64,000 bases of DNA from an uncultured Rhodocyclaceae bacterium (GCA_907163075.1 CAJQTY010000003.1:50637-114636), one strand, 5' to 3'; numbered from the stretch's first letter, positions 37,336 to 49,077 are shown. Made by a program: numbers and translations. Notes: generated by a model not told the origin, from the letters alone.

Positions 37336-39297
37336 ATGAGCTACACCGCAGAATCCATTTCCGTTCTCAAGGGACTGGAACCCGTTCGCCATCGCCCCGG
37401 CATGTATACGCGGACAGACCACCCGCTGCACATCATCCAGGAAGCCATCGACAACGCCGCCGACGAAGCGCTGGGCGGCTACTGCAAACGCATCGCGGTC
37501 ACCCTGCACAGCGACGGTTCGGTATCGATCCGCGACGACGGACGCGGCATTCCGGTCGAAATCCATCCGCTCGAAGGCGTTCCGACGGTCGAAGTGGTAT
37601 TCACGCAACTGCATGCCGGCGGCAAGTTCAACAAAAGCGACGGCACGTCGGCCTACCGCTTTTCGGGCGGTCTGCACGGGGTCGGCGTTTCCGTCACCAA
37701 CGCCTTGTCGACGCGCCTTGAGGTCGAGGTGATCCGTGACGGCGGCCGTTATCAACTGGCATTTTCCGGCGGCGCGCTGATCGAACCGCTGCAGCGCATC
37801 GGCGATGCGCCGAAAAAGGCCAGCGGTACGCGCGTCCGCGCCTGGCCCGACCCTCAGTTCTTCGACTCGGCGAGCATTCCGGCCAGCGAACTTGAACGCC
37901 TCCTGCGCAGCAAGGCCGTGCTGCTGCCCGGCCTGGAAATCGCGTTGACCGTGGAAAAGGACGCGCAAAACAGCGAAACGAAAAACTGGTGCTTCGCCAA
38001 CGGCATGCAGCAATACCTCGCCGAACAGATCGACGGCGAACTGGCGGCGCCGCTGTTCACCGCCGAAAAGTACGCCGCGCCCGGCGACGAGAACTTCCCG
38101 CCCGGTTCCGGCGCGGCCTGGTCCATCGGCTGGAGCGCCGAAGGCGGCCTGGCGCGCGAATCCTACGTCAACCTGATCCCGACGCCGGCCGGCGGCACGC
38201 ACGAAACCGGGCTCCGCCAGGCCGCTTTCGACGCCGTAAAGAGCTTCGCCGAACACCATGCGCTGCTGCCCAAGGGCATCAAGCTCGCCGCCGACGACGT
38301 CTTCTCGCGGGCCAGCTACGTGCTCGCCGCGCGCGTGCTCGACCCGTCGTTCCAGGGGCAGACCAAGGAACGCCTGAATTCGCGCGACGCCGTGGCGCTG
38401 GTTTCGCGCATGGTGCGCGACCCGCTCGAACTGTGGCTCAACGAGCACCCGGACGATGCCCGAAAGATCACCGAACTGGCCATCCGCGCCGCGCAGGCGC
38501 GTTCGCGCGCCGGGCAGAAGGTCGAGAAACGCAAACAGTCGGCCGTCGCCATCCTGCCCGGCAAGCTCTCGGACTGCCAGAGCGAGGACGTCTCGCGCAA
38601 CGAGCTTTTCCTGGTCGAGGGCGATTCCGCCGGCGGCTCGGCCAAATCCGGCCGCGATAAAGAGCTACAGGCGATTCTTCCCTTGCGCGGCAAGGTGCTC
38701 AACACCTGGGAGGTCGAGCCGGGCAGCCTGTTCGCCAACCGCGAAGTGCACGACATCGCCGTCGCACTCGGCATCGACCCGCATCCGCCGGAGGCCAAAG
38801 ACAGCGTGCTCGACAACCTGCGCTACGGCAAGGTGGTGATCATGACCGACGCCGACGTGGACGGCAGCCACATCCGCGTGCTGCTGTGCACGCTGTTCTA
38901 CCGCCACTTCCCCAAACTGATCGAACACGGCCACCTCTATTTCGCCCAGCCACCGCTGTACCGCCTCGATGTCCCGGCGCAGGGCAAAAAGCGCCCGCCG
39001 CGCAAGCTCTACGCGCTCGACGAGGCGGAGCGTCTGTCGCTCATCGACCGCCTGCAGCTGGAGGGCGTCAAACCCGAGGCGGTGGCCATTTCGCGCTTCA
39101 AGGGCCTGGGTGAAATGAACCCGGAGCAGCTCTGGGAAACCACCATGTCGCCCGACACCCGTCGCCTGATACGCATCCGCCAGCCCGCTGGCGGCGAAGC
39201 CAACCCGGTGATGAACATGCTGATGGCCAAGAATGAATCGGCCGGACGGCGGGCGTGGATGGAAGCCAACGGCGCGCTGATCGGCGCGGAGATCTGA
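37336..39297 (+). CDS. parE: DNA topoisomerase IV subunit B
   Basis: 653 aa from ATG 37336. [44 protein letters not shown]. Immediately followed by parC. Confidence 0.95.
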   Translation: MSYTAESISVLKGLEPVRHRPGMYTRTDHPLHIIQEAIDNAADEALGGYCKRIAVTLHSDGSVSIRDDGRGIPVEIHPLEGVPTVEVVFTQLHAGGKFNKSDGTSAYRFSGGLHGVGVSVTNALSTRLEVEVIRDGGRYQLAFSGGALIEPLQRIGDAPKKASGTRVRAWPDPQFFDSASIPASELERLLRSKAVLLPGLEIALTVEKDAQNSETKNWCFANGMQQYLAEQIDGELAAPLFTAEKYAAPGDENFPPGSGAAWSIGWSAEGGLARESYVNLIPTPAGGTHETGLRQAAFDAVKSFAEHHALLPKGIKLAADDVFSRASYVLAARVLDPSFQGQTKERLNSRDAVALVSRMVRDPLELWLNEHPDDARKITELAIRAAQARSRAGQKVEKRKQSAVAILPGKLSDCQSEDVSRNELFLVEGDSAGGSAKSGRDKELQAILPLRGKVLNTWEVEPGSLFANREVHDIAVALGIDPHPPEAKDSVLDNLRYGKVVIMTDADVDGSHIRVLLCTLFYRHFPKLIEHGHLYFAQPPLYRLDVPAQGKKRPPRKLYALDEAERLSLIDRLQLEGVKPEAVAISRFKGLGEMNPEQLWETTMSPDTRRLIRIRQPAGGEANPVMNMLMAKNESAGRRAWMEANGALIGAEI

Positions 39298-39298
39298 T

Positions 39299-41698
39299 AT
39301 GCCAAACACGCCCGATTTATTTGACGACATTCCCGGATCAGCCACGCTCACCGCTCCCGCGGCGCCGCCGCCGATGCCGCCCATCGCCGCGCCCGCCTCC
39401 CCGGACGACGGCGGCGGCGGCGACGGCGACAGCATCCTGCTGCACGAATCCGCCTCGCGCGATTACCTCGAATACGCCATCGCCGTGGTCAAGGGCCGTG
39501 CCCTGCCCGACGTCAAGGACGGACAGAAGCCGGTACAGCGCCGCGTCCTCTTCGCCATGCGCGAACTCGGCCTGATGGCCGGGGCCAAGCCGGTGAAGTC
39601 GGCGCGCGTCGTCGGCGACGTCATCGGTAAATACCATCCGCATGGCGACACTTCAGCCTACGACGCCATGGTACGCGTGGCGCAACCCTTCTCGCTGCGC
39701 TACCCGCTGGTCGACGGCCAGGGCAACTTCGGCTCGCGCGACGGCGACAACGCCGCCGCCATGCGCTACACCGAGGCGCGCCTGGCACCGATCGCCGAAC
39801 TGCTGCTCGGCGAACTCGGCGAAGGCACCGTCGACTACCAGCCGAACTACGACGGCTCCTTCGAAGAACCCGCCTGGCTGCCGGCCCGCCTGCCCTTCTC
39901 GCTGCTCAACGGCGCCTCGGGCATCGCCGTCGGCATGGCCACCGAAATGCCCTCGCACAACCTGCGCGAAGTCGCCGCGGCTGCCATTCACAAGCTGCAG
40001 AACCCGTCGGCCGGCGTCGCCGAACTGATGGAACACATCCCCGGCCCGGACTACCCCGGCGGCGGCCAGATCATCTCGACCCCGGCCGAGATCGCCGGCG
40101 CCTACAGCAGCGGCCGCGGCAGCCTGCGCGTGCGCGCCCGCTACGAGTTCGAGGAAATGGCGCGCGGCGCCTGGCAACTGGTGATCAAGGAACTGCCGCC
40201 CGGCGTTTCCTCGGCGCGCGTGCTCTCCGAAATCGGCGCGCTGATGAACCCGCAGCCCAAGCCGGGCAAGAAATCCGTCGAGCAATCCGCCGCCCAGTTG
40301 AAAGCCCTCTTCGCCTCGCAGCTCGAACGCGCACGCGACGAATCGGGCAAGGACGACGACATCCGCCTGGTCCTCGAACCGGTCAGTTCGCGCCTTGACC
40401 GCGACGAATTCGTCGCCCTGCTGCTCGCCCACACCAGCCTCGAAACCACGGCGCCGATAAACCTCGTCGCCGTCGGCATCGACGGCCGCCCGTGCCAGAA
40501 AACGCTGGCCGACCTGATCGGCGAGTGGTGCCAGTTCCGCGTCACGACCGTGCGCCGGCGCACCGAATTCCGCCTGGCCAAGGCCAACGACCGCATCCAC
40601 ATCCTCGAAGGCCGGCACATCGTCTTTCTCAACATCGACGAAGTGATCCGCCTCATCCGCGAGTCGGACGAACCCAAGCCGGCGCTGATCGCACGCTTCC
40701 TGCTCTCCGACCGGCAGGCCGAGGACATCCTCGAAATCCGCCTGCGCCAGTTGGCGCGGCTCGAAGGCATCAAGATCGAACAGGAGCTCGACAAGCTGCG
40801 CGGCGAAAAGGACGAGCTGATCAAACTGCTGGAAAGCGACACCTTGCTGCGCAAGTTGGTGGTAAAGGAAATCAGGTCCGACGCCACCCGGCACGGCGAC
40901 CAGCGCCGCACCCTGATCCAGCCGGCGGCGACGGCCTCGCGCGCGGAAGTGGCCACCGTCGCCGACGAGGCGGTAACGCTGATCGTCTCGGAGAAAGGCT
41001 GGGCGCGCGTCCGCCAGGGCCACGGCCTCGACCTCGCCGGCGTCGCCTACAAGGACGGCGACGGCCCCGGCTCGGCGCACGAATGCCGCTCCGTCGATTC
41101 GCTGGTCATCATCTCCAGCGAAGGCCGTGCCTTCACCGTGCCGGTCGCCAGCCTGCCCGACGGCCGCGGCATGGGCGCGCCGCTGTCCTCGTTCATCGAA
41201 ATCGGCGCCGGCCGCATCGCCCACGTGCTCACCGGCAAGCCGGAGGACGAATTGCTGGTCGCCAAGACCTCCGGCTACGGCTTCATCTGCACCTACGGCG
41301 ACCTGCTCTCGCGCCAGAAGGCCGGCAAATCCTTCCTCACCATGGAAGACGGCGCCGCCATCCTGCCGCCGGTCCGCGTCGCCGACGCCGACCACATCGC
41401 CGCCCTCGCCGACGATGGCCGCCTGCTCGTCTTTCCGCTCGACCAGATGAAGCGCCTCTCCGGCGGTAAAGGCGTGCAGATCATCGGTCTGAAAGGCAAG
41501 GAAGCCCTCAAGTCCATCCTCGCCACCAGGGGCGCGGTGGTCGGCATCAGGGGAACGTTCCGCAACAAGCCGAAGATGCTCCTTTCGGACGAAAAGCATT
41601 TCGGCCAGCGCGCACGGCGCGGCGCGGCGGTGGGGCTGGTCAATCAGGCGGTGATCGAGAATCTTGCCGAATCGTCGTCGCCGACGTCGGCCGGCTAG
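39299..41698 (+). CDS. parC: DNA topoisomerase IV subunit A
   Basis: 799 aa. [56 protein letters not shown]. Low-complexity Pro/Gly N-terminal extension. Confidence 0.95.
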   Translation: MPNTPDLFDDIPGSATLTAPAAPPPMPPIAAPASPDDGGGGDGDSILLHESASRDYLEYAIAVVKGRALPDVKDGQKPVQRRVLFAMRELGLMAGAKPVKSARVVGDVIGKYHPHGDTSAYDAMVRVAQPFSLRYPLVDGQGNFGSRDGDNAAAMRYTEARLAPIAELLLGELGEGTVDYQPNYDGSFEEPAWLPARLPFSLLNGASGIAVGMATEMPSHNLREVAAAAIHKLQNPSAGVAELMEHIPGPDYPGGGQIISTPAEIAGAYSSGRGSLRVRARYEFEEMARGAWQLVIKELPPGVSSARVLSEIGALMNPQPKPGKKSVEQSAAQLKALFASQLERARDESGKDDDIRLVLEPVSSRLDRDEFVALLLAHTSLETTAPINLVAVGIDGRPCQKTLADLIGEWCQFRVTTVRRRTEFRLAKANDRIHILEGRHIVFLNIDEVIRLIRESDEPKPALIARFLLSDRQAEDILEIRLRQLARLEGIKIEQELDKLRGEKDELIKLLESDTLLRKLVVKEIRSDATRHGDQRRTLIQPAATASRAEVATVADEAVTLIVSEKGWARVRQGHGLDLAGVAYKDGDGPGSAHECRSVDSLVIISSEGRAFTVPVASLPDGRGMGAPLSSFIEIGAGRIAHVLTGKPEDELLVAKTSGYGFICTYGDLLSRQKAGKSFLTMEDGAAILPPVRVADADHIAALADDGRLLVFPLDQMKRLSGGKGVQIIGLKGKEALKSILATRGAVVGIRGTFRNKPKMLLSDEKHFGQRARRGAAVGLVNQAVIENLAESSSPTSAG

Positions 41699-41766
41699 AC
41701 CGCAGGCGTCATCCGGCACGCCGAGCGGCGGAAGGCGCTGCACATCCCCTTCGGCGGCAAAAACGC

Positions 41767-41855
41767 GTAGGTCGGATAAGCCGAAGGCGTCATCCGACGC
41801 ATGCGAAGGGGCTGAATCGCCGAACGGCGGAAGGCGCTGCGCTCTTCCGCCCTAC
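41767..41855. repeat. REP/BIME-like palindromic element, copy 2
   Basis: GTAGGTCGGATAAGCCGAAGGCGTCATCCGAC ... GGCGGAAGGCGCTGCGCTCTTCCGCCCTAC. Lies between the convergent parC and Bug genes. Confidence 0.85.
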
Positions 41856-41887
41856 GCGACTGCAGGCGTTCGGCGCCCCTCGATCCA

Positions 41888-42862
41888 TCAATCCAGCGTG
41901 GCGCCCGTTTCCTTCGCCACCCGCCCCCACTTGGCGGCTTCGGCCTTGACGAAGGCGGCGAAATTCTCCGGCGTGTCGCCGACGTAATCCGATCCGGCAT
42001 CGGCCAGCACCTTCTGGAACTCGGGCGTCTTCATATACTTGAGCGCGCCCTCGTTAATCCTGGCGACCAGTTCCCTGGGAGTCTTGGCCGGAGCGAAGAA
42101 GCCATACCAGCCATAGGACTCGACGCCGGCCAATCCGGCCTCGGCGAAAGTCGGCACGTCGGGAAGCTGCGGCGAGCGCTTTGCGCCGCTGACGGCGATG
42201 GCCCGCACCTTGCCGGCCTTGATCTGAGGGACGATCGCGATGGTCGTGTCGAACATCATCGGCACGTGGCCGCCCATCAGGTCGGTAATCGCCGGCGCCG
42301 AACCCTTGTACGGGGCATGGACCATGTCGAGCTTGGCGGTGGTGCGGAACAATTCGCCGGTCATGTGCTGCGGCGTGCCGTTGCCGGCCGACGCCCAGAC
42401 CGCCTTGCCGTCCTGCGCCTTGATGTAGGCGATCAGTTCCTGCAGGTTCTTGGCCGGCACTCCGGGATTGACGGCGAGCACCAGCGGCACGCGCAGCAGG
42501 TTGGTGATCGGCACCAGGTCCTTCTGCGGGTCGTAGCTCATCTTCTTGTATACGTGCGGGTTGATGACGATCGGACCGCCCGAGGTGATGAGCAGCGTGT
42601 GCCCGTCGGCGTTGGCGCGAGCCGTGTACTCGCTGCCGATGTTGCCACCGGCCCCGCCGCGGTTGTCGATCATGAACGGCTTGCCGAATTCTTCGGTGAG
42701 GCCCTTGGCCATCGGCCGCGCGACAATGTCCGACGGGCCGCCCGGCGGCCACGGCACGACGATGGTCACCGACTTGGCCGGCCACGCCTGCGCCGCCACC
42801 GCGCCACACCACGCGAGGCACAGGACAGCTATCGAGCACTTCGTTCGGCTGAACATGGTCAT
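41888..42862 (-). CDS. orphan Bug-family (TctC-like) periplasmic binding protein
   Basis: 324 aa. Signal peptide, then VVPWPPGGPSDIVARP and NRGGAGGNIG motifs. No adjacent tctAB. Confidence 0.88.
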   Translation of the reverse strand: MTMFSRTKCSIAVLCLAWCGAVAAQAWPAKSVTIVVPWPPGGPSDIVARPMAKGLTEEFGKPFMIDNRGGAGGNIGSEYTARANADGHTLLITSGGPIVINPHVYKKMSYDPQKDLVPITNLLRVPLVLAVNPGVPAKNLQELIAYIKAQDGKAVWASAGNGTPQHMTGELFRTTAKLDMVHAPYKGSAPAITDLMGGHVPMMFDTTIAIVPQIKAGKVRAIAVSGAKRSPQLPDVPTFAEAGLAGVESYGWYGFFAPAKTPRELVARINEGALKYMKTPEFQKVLADAGSDYVGDTPENFAAFVKAEAAKWGRVAKETGATLD

Positions 42863-43073
42863 GGTATTGTCTCCGCGGGTGGTAGTGGATTCGAGCGACG
42901 GTCCAGTCTAAAGGAATGCCGTTTCCGGCGCAACGCTCGGCCTCGCCATTGAGCATTTCGCTCGCGCTCGCGTAGAATCATTCACACATCATGTGCCCGC
43001 AGGTTCGCGATGTCATCAGGGAGAGTCCCCATTTTCCCGGAATCTGCAGCCCGACAACCGGAGAATCCGCCCC

Positions 43074-43535
43074 ATGAGTCCCAAATTCATCGTACCCCTT
43101 GCCCTTGCCCTGCTCACCAACTCCGCGCTCGCCGAAAGGGTCGGCTGCGTGACCACCGAATGGAAACTGATCGGCGCCAACCACAAGGTCTGCGTCGAGT
43201 CGTTCGGCGATCCGAAGGTAGCGGGCGTCACCTGCCACGTCAGCCAGGCCCGGACTGGCGGCGTCAGCGGCAGCTTCGGCCTGGCCGAGGATCCCTCCCA
43301 GTTCTCGCTGGCCTGCCGGCAGACCGGCCCGATCACCCTGCCGGATAAACTGCCCAAGGAAGCCAGCGTATTCAGCGAAGACACCTCGGTCTTCTTCAAG
43401 GCCACCCGCGTCACCCGCCTGTGGGACGAAGCCAACCGCACACTCGTGTATCTCGCCATCAGCCGCAAGCTGATCGACGGCGCTCCGGCCAACAGCATCT
43501 CGACTGTCCCCATCATGCCCTGGGGTGCGCGATAG
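43074..43535 (+). CDS. creA: CreA family protein
   Basis: 153 aa. VGCVTTEWKLIGANHKVCVESFGDPKVAGVTCHVSQARTGGVSGSFGLAEDPS...SISTVPIMPW is colinear with E. coli CreA. Confidence 0.85.
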   Translation: MSPKFIVPLALALLTNSALAERVGCVTTEWKLIGANHKVCVESFGDPKVAGVTCHVSQARTGGVSGSFGLAEDPSQFSLACRQTGPITLPDKLPKEASVFSEDTSVFFKATRVTRLWDEANRTLVYLAISRKLIDGAPANSISTVPIMPWGAR

Positions 43536-43593
43536 CGGTGGCATGCTAAGCTGCGCACCTCAAATGAAACCATAACCGTCACAGGAGCAACAA

Positions 43594-44721
43594 ATGCCAG
43601 GATTACTGCCCAACGTCGACCCCGAGGGCCTGCTTGAATACTCCGTGGTTTATACCGACCGCGCGCTCAACCATATGTCCGGAAGCTTCCAGGGAGTGAT
43701 GAAGGACATTTCGGGCATTCTCAAGCACGTCTATAAAGCAAGATCGGCGATCATCGTTCCCGGCAGCGGCACCTTCGGCATGGAAGCGGTGGCCCGTCAA
43801 TTCGCCACCGACAAGAAATGTCTGGTTATCCGCAATGGCTGGTTCAGCTTTCGCTGGTCGCAGATTTTTGACGCCGGCAAGATTCCCGCCGAAACGACGG
43901 TATTGAAGGCGCGCCGGATCGCCGACGGCCCGCAGGCGGCGTTCGCACCGCCGCCCATCGCCGAAGTGATCGCCGCCATCCACGAGCAAAAGCCGGACCT
44001 GGTGTTTGCCCCGCACGTCGAAACGGCGTCCGGCATGATCCTTCCCGACGCTTACCTGCGCGCCGTGGGCGAGGCCGTGCATGCCGTCGGCGGCCTCTTT
44101 GTGCTGGACTGCGTCGCCTCCGGAACAATCTGGGTAGACATGCCCGCCAGCGCCGTCGACATCCTGATCAGCGCCCCGCAAAAGGGCTGGAGCGGCTCCC
44201 CCTGCTGCGCCCTGGTCATGCTCGGCGAAGAAGCGCGAAGGCGAATCGATGCGACGACCAGCACCAGTTTCGCCTGCGACCTGCGCAAGTGGCTGCAGAT
44301 CATGGAAACCTACGAGAACGGCGGCCACGCCTACTTCGCCACGCTGCCGACCGACGCCCTGCGCACCTTGCGCGACGTAATGAAGGAAGCCGAGCGCTAC
44401 GGTTTTGAAAAAGTGCGCGCCGAGCAACAGGAACTGGGCGACAGGGTACGCGCCCTGCTCGTCAGCAAGGGCTTCAAGAGCGTTGCAGCGGAAGGATTCC
44501 AGGCACCGGGCGTGGTCGTCAGTTATACCGAGGATGCGGATATTCAGAGCGGCAAGAAATTCATTGGCCTGGGTTTGCAGACCGCCGCCGGCGTTCCCCT
44601 GCAATGCGACGAACCAGCGGATTTCAGGAGCTTCCGCATCGGGCTCTTTGGCCTCGACAAGCTGCATAACGTCGACCGTACCGTGCAGCACCTCGAGCAG
44701 GCCTTAAGCCGGATCGCGTAG
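43594..44721 (+). CDS. class V PLP-dependent aminotransferase (AGXT/PhnW-like)
   Basis: 375 aa. VVYTDRALNHMS, IIVPGSGTFGMEA, ISAPQKGW (PLP Lys). Confidence 0.82.
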   Translation: MPGLLPNVDPEGLLEYSVVYTDRALNHMSGSFQGVMKDISGILKHVYKARSAIIVPGSGTFGMEAVARQFATDKKCLVIRNGWFSFRWSQIFDAGKIPAETTVLKARRIADGPQAAFAPPPIAEVIAAIHEQKPDLVFAPHVETASGMILPDAYLRAVGEAVHAVGGLFVLDCVASGTIWVDMPASAVDILISAPQKGWSGSPCCALVMLGEEARRRIDATTSTSFACDLRKWLQIMETYENGGHAYFATLPTDALRTLRDVMKEAERYGFEKVRAEQQELGDRVRALLVSKGFKSVAAEGFQAPGVVVSYTEDADIQSGKKFIGLGLQTAAGVPLQCDEPADFRSFRIGLFGLDKLHNVDRTVQHLEQALSRIA

Positions 44722-45026
44722 GAAGGCACCTGGCCGTAACAGTGGATCGGTTATTCCAAATCCTTGTATCGCCCTGCAAGTTCTTACGACTTGTCGATAT
44801 CGAAAACGGCTACGTTTCGCATACTCCTACCTACTCGTCGGGCGAAAGGCAGTTGCAGGTATTGCGCGAGATCGTTGCCAACACCGACACGCCGTCTACC
44901 TGCTCGACGATCGGGATGCAAACCCCGATGCGGCCAATCGCGCGGCGGCCGTGACGCGGGTTGAGGAACTTGCGCGGCGTGCGCGGGTCATTGAGATATC
45001 GCACCGGGACAAATCGTGAACCGATC

Positions 45027-45593
45027 ATGCTCAATTTTCCACATCTCTGTGCGGGTATCTCGGCCTGTTTTCTGCTGACCTTGAGTGGTGCGGCACTCGG
45101 CGTCGAGCCGGAAGTGCTGGTCGCCATCGAGAAGAACGGCGATGTCTTTGTCGTCGAGGCCACGATTGCCGTTGCCGTGCCCTTGCGTACGGCCTGGGAG
45201 GTTCTCGTCGATTTCGACAACATGGCGGGAATTATGAGCAACCTGACTTTGAGCAGGATAATCCGTCGCAAGGGCAGCACGATTTTCGTGCAGCAGGAGG
45301 GAAAGGCGAAGTTCGGTCCTTTTTCCTACTCGTTCGCCTCGGTGCGAGAGATCGAGCTTGATCCGATGCGGCGAATACTCGCCAGGCAACTCTCGGGCAG
45401 CAGCAAACGCTTCGAGAGCGAGATGGAACTGTCGGAAAGCGGGCGCGGCACCCGGATTCGCTACCTTGCCCATATCGTTCCCGATTCAGGCATTGCCCAG
45501 ACCTTCGGCGGCCCCTTCATCCAGCACGAAGTCGAAGAGCAGTTCCAACTGATGACGGTGGAGATGATGCGGCGCGCTTTCGATTCGCAATGA
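45027..45593 (+). CDS. secreted SRPBCC (START/polyketide-cyclase-like) family protein
   Basis: 188 aa with a signal peptide. VEATIAVAVPLRTAWEVLVDFDNMAGIMSNL is typical of an SRPBCC N-terminus. Confidence 0.6.
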   Translation: MLNFPHLCAGISACFLLTLSGAALGVEPEVLVAIEKNGDVFVVEATIAVAVPLRTAWEVLVDFDNMAGIMSNLTLSRIIRRKGSTIFVQQEGKAKFGPFSYSFASVREIELDPMRRILARQLSGSSKRFESEMELSESGRGTRIRYLAHIVPDSGIAQTFGGPFIQHEVEEQFQLMTVEMMRRAFDSQ

Positions 45594-45621
45594 ACCGCGA
45601 AAACACGATGGAGCGCAGCCT

Positions 45622-46572
45622 TCAAATCACGAAATCGTCCCGCCCCGCCGCTTCCATGCGCAGGATTTCGCTGATTTTTTCCTCGGTCAGCCCCGGCACC
45701 AGTTTGTTGATGAACGCGTAGGCATAGCTTCTCAGGTACACGCCGCGGCGCAGCGCGAGGCGTGTCGTGTTCGGCTCGAACAGGCCCGGCAGATCGAGGC
45801 GCACGAGGTTGCCGTCGCGCTCCGGGTTATAGGCCATGGAGGCGACGATGCCGATGCCCAGGCCGACATCGACGTAAGTCTTGATCACGTCGGCGTCGAT
45901 CGCCGAGAGCACGATGTCGGGGATCAGCCCGGCTTCGGAAAAACGGCGGTCGATGTTCGTTCGCCCGGTGAAGCCTTCGTGATAGGTGATGATCGGGTAC
46001 TCGGCGATGTCGGCCAGCGTCAGCGCCGGCAGTTTGGTCAGCGGGTGCCCCTGCGGCACGATCAGCGCGTGCTGCCAGGTGTAGTAGGGAAAGCTGGCGA
46101 TTTCTGGAACATTGGCCAGCCATTCGGTGGCGATGGCGATGTCGGCCTCGCCCGCCGTCAGCAGTTCGGCGATCTCGCGCGGGCTGCCCTGATGCAGCAC
46201 CAGGTGCACCTTCGGGTACTCGGCCCTGAAGCGCTTGATCACCTCCGGCAGCGCATAACGCGCCTGCGTGTGCGTGGTGGCGATCACCAGGTTGCCGCTC
46301 TCGCGGCTGGAAAACTGGTCGGCGATGCTGCGCGCGTTCTGGGCGTCGAGCAGGATGCGCTCGACCACCGCGAGCAACTCCTTGCCCGGCTCGGTCAGCC
46401 CGAGCAGGCGCTTGCCGCGACGCACGAAGATCTCGATCCCGAGTTCGTCCTCCAAATCCTTGATGTGCTTGGAGACGCCCGGTTGCGAGGTAAACAGCGT
46501 GTTGGCGACGGTCGTCAGGTTGAAGTCCTGGCGCACCGTTTCGCGCACGATGCGCAGTTGCTGGAAATTCAT
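45622..46572 (-). CDS. cysB: LysR-family regulator CysB (or Cbl)
   Basis: 316 aa. LFTSQPGVSKHIKDLEDELGIEIF, ATTHTQARYALP, HQGSP, TATDADVIKTYV-like blocks are colinear with E. coli CysB. Confidence 0.87.
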   Translation of the reverse strand: MNFQQLRIVRETVRQDFNLTTVANTLFTSQPGVSKHIKDLEDELGIEIFVRRGKRLLGLTEPGKELLAVVERILLDAQNARSIADQFSSRESGNLVIATTHTQARYALPEVIKRFRAEYPKVHLVLHQGSPREIAELLTAGEADIAIATEWLANVPEIASFPYYTWQHALIVPQGHPLTKLPALTLADIAEYPIITYHEGFTGRTNIDRRFSEAGLIPDIVLSAIDADVIKTYVDVGLGIGIVASMAYNPERDGNLVRLDLPGLFEPNTTRLALRRGVYLRSYAYAFINKLVPGLTEEKISEILRMEAAGRDDFVI

Positions 46573-46845
46573 TTTCTTAGGCTCCTAGGCGGCCAGCCGC
46601 GTCGAATCCGCTGCCGCCGGAAAGACGTGTACCCGTTGCGGCTTCAGGCGCGCGCCCTTCTCTGACTGGTTGATCACACTCCCAGTCTGGCACACCGACG
46701 CCGTGAGTGGGAGGAGTCCATGTTATTGGCTTACCCGGAATGACGGGATTTGAATCGCTCGGCAAATCGCAAGCGCAACGGCATTCGTGCGATTGCCCTG
46801 TCCCTCACCGCGCCCCGCCGAGACGGCCGGGGCGAGGACCGGGCG

Positions 46846-47847
46846 CTACCTGCGGCCCGGCTCGTAGATCTTGTCGAACGAGCCGCCATCGGAGAAATGC
46901 GCCTTCTGCGCCTTGTCCCAGCCGCCGAAAACCTCGTCGATGGTGATCAGATTGACCTTGGCGTACTTCGCTGCCACCTTGGCGTCGCGTGGCCGATAGT
47001 AGTGCTTGGCGGCAATCTCCTGCCCTTCCGGCGAATAGAGGTAGTCGAGATAGGCCTGCGCCACCTTGCGTGTTCCCTTCTTGTCCACCACCTTATCGAC
47101 TACAGAAACCGGCGGCTCGGCGAGGATCGAGAGCGACGGCGTGACGATGTCGAACTTCTCCGGCCCCTGCTCCTTGACCGCGAGATAGGCCTCATTCTCC
47201 CAGGCCAGCAGCACGTCGCCGATGCCGCGCTCGGTGAAGGTCGTCGTCGCGCCACGCGCGCCCGAATCGAGCACCTTGACGTTCTTGAACAGCTTGCCGA
47301 CGAAGTCCCTGGCCTTCTCGTCGCTGCCGCCCGGCTGCTTGAGTGCGTAGGCCCAGGCGGCCAGGTAGTTCCAGCGCGCGCCGCCCGAAGTCTTGGGATT
47401 CGGCGTGACGATGCCGATACCCGGCTTGATCAGGTCGTTCCAGTCCTTGATCTGCCTGGGGTTGCCCTTGCGCACGAGGAAGACGATGGTCGAGGTGTAC
47501 GGCGCGGCGTTCTGCGGCAGGCGCTTCTGCCAGTCGGCGGGAATCAGGTTCTTCTCCGAAAGGGCGCCGATGTCATAGGCCAGCGCCAGCGTCACCACGT
47601 CGGCACCAAGGCCGTCGATCACCGCCCGCGCCTGCTTGCCCGAACCGGCGTGCGACTGGTTGATGGTCACCACCTCGTTGTTCGTGGCCTTCCAGTGCCT
47701 GGCGAAAGCGGCGTTGTAGTCCTGGTACAGTTCGCGCGTCGGGTCATAGGAAACGTTGAGCAGCGCCACGTCGGCGTACGCCGGCGCGAAAGCGGCGGCG
47801 AGAACAGCGCCGGCCGCGAGCCCGGTCAGTACTTTGCGAAAACTCAT
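46846..47847 (-). CDS. sbp: sulfate/thiosulfate ABC transporter periplasmic binding protein
   Basis: 333 aa. Signal peptide, [48 protein letters not shown]. Confidence 0.92.
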   Translation of the reverse strand: MSFRKVLTGLAAGAVLAAAFAPAYADVALLNVSYDPTRELYQDYNAAFARHWKATNNEVVTINQSHAGSGKQARAVIDGLGADVVTLALAYDIGALSEKNLIPADWQKRLPQNAAPYTSTIVFLVRKGNPRQIKDWNDLIKPGIGIVTPNPKTSGGARWNYLAAWAYALKQPGGSDEKARDFVGKLFKNVKVLDSGARGATTTFTERGIGDVLLAWENEAYLAVKEQGPEKFDIVTPSLSILAEPPVSVVDKVVDKKGTRKVAQAYLDYLYSPEGQEIAAKHYYRPRDAKVAAKYAKVNLITIDEVFGGWDKAQKAHFSDGGSFDKIYEPGRR

Positions 47848-48059
47848 TGGAAGACTCCTGGTTAATTGAACACGAACCGGAGTCTAGGGAAAACGAGGAG
47901 CGCAACGAACGATGAAATTCTTATTTGCATATAAGGCCGAATTGCCTATGCAAAAATCGGTGACCCGGTTGGCTGCCGTCAGGGATTCGGTGACGCTGGT
48001 CAGGCTGATCGAACTCGCGCAGGCCGTAACGGCAACGGGGAACAGGCTGGCAAGGCAAG

Positions 48060-48315
48060 CAGGACGGGCAGGGGACCACGAACTTCGGGGCCATCAATTT
48101 GACGGTATGTCCGAAGCGGCTGAACTCTCTCGCTCAGTAGTGGGCGCCGGAGCGGGCTTGTATGCCGATCAGGCGGGCGGCAGGTGGGCGACCATTTCCA
48201 GCAGTTGGCCACAAGCTATTTTGGGTTTGAAGAATATTTCTTTGACATACTGGTCAACGCCATGCAAAGCGAATACACTCTTGGCAAAATCGATGCCTAC
48301 GGTGATAATATTCAT
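48060..48315 (-). pseudogene. decayed N-terminal fragment of an IS110-family transposase
   Basis: Minus strand MNIITVGIDFAKSVFALHGVDQYVKEIFFKPKIACGQLLEMVAHLPP, then a frameshift, then LIGIQARSGAHY*AREFSRFGHTVKLMAPKFVVP (TGA at 48134-48136 where IS110 proteins have W). No catalytic remainder. Confidence 0.65.
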
Positions 48316-48427
48316 GGACTTCCCCTTTCAAGCGAATGATTTGGCGTGGAAACTCAATCATGGCAGCTCTCGCTGACCGAAGCTTCCGCCGCCAGTTCGG
48401 GACGGGGTAGTCCCTTTCATTCGTTAG

Positions 48428-49009
48428 ATGTCACAAACCACTCCCATGCCGCGCTCCCGACTTTTATCACTGACTGCCGCGCTGCTCGCGGTTGGCGGCT
48501 GCGCTTCAACTACCACCGCACAACTCAGCCCCGCACCGCAGGAACCTGTCTGCGCGGCATCGGCGACAGCACTGATTTTGTGGAAGCCGCAGTGGCGAGT
48601 GGACCAGAAGGATGTTCTCGCCCGAGAAGCCGCGGCAGCCGATGGACTCAGCCAGTTCTTCGAGAGATCGGGATGCTTCAAATCTGCTTCACTTGAGCGG
48701 TTGCCGCAGACCTCAGAGGAAGCCGCTCAAGCTACCGCCGCTGACGCGACAAAGCAATACGAGAAGGTCGTTCTGGTAGCCGTCCGAGAACTGGGTCCCA
48801 CCGTAAAGATCGGCGCGTCGCTGGCTGTGGTTGAGGGCGGAACCGAGGTCGTTCTTGGGGTGTCCGAATTTATGCCAGGCAAGCCGGTTCCAAGAACATT
48901 CACCGTTCGGTGGCGCAGTGGCGGGCCTGGCGTACTCAAGGGCGTCGCCAGCCTCCCACACGACATGCAAGCAGCGCTTGTGGCTGGCCTTCAGCCTCCT
49001 GTGCGGTGA
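48428..49009 (+). CDS. hypothetical lipoprotein
   Basis: 193 aa. Lipobox LLAVGG-C after a basic N-terminus. No family recognised. Confidence 0.5.
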   Translation: MSQTTPMPRSRLLSLTAALLAVGGCASTTTAQLSPAPQEPVCAASATALILWKPQWRVDQKDVLAREAAAADGLSQFFERSGCFKSASLERLPQTSEEAAQATAADATKQYEKVVLVAVRELGPTVKIGASLAVVEGGTEVVLGVSEFMPGKPVPRTFTVRWRSGGPGVLKGVASLPHDMQAALVAGLQPPVR

Positions 49010-49077
49010 CGCCTGGTGTAGTGATGCGATCTTGATGACGCTTATTTGAAAGCTGCGCAGCTTGGGCATTAAAGTGC

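Noticed and set aside
39653-41743. 696-aa minus-strand ORF antisense to parC. Similar cases are 37180-38448 (parE), 20619-22103 (uxaA), 62194-63381 (carboxyltransferase), 59741-60958 (gap) and 57989-59455 (ovoA).
   Set aside because: All overlap genes with strong family signatures on the opposite strand, so they are GC-driven open frames.
47912-48376. 154-aa plus-strand ORF
   Set aside because: It is the antisense of the IS110 transposase remnant. The minus strand carries the recognisable MNIITVGIDFAKSVF… N-terminus.
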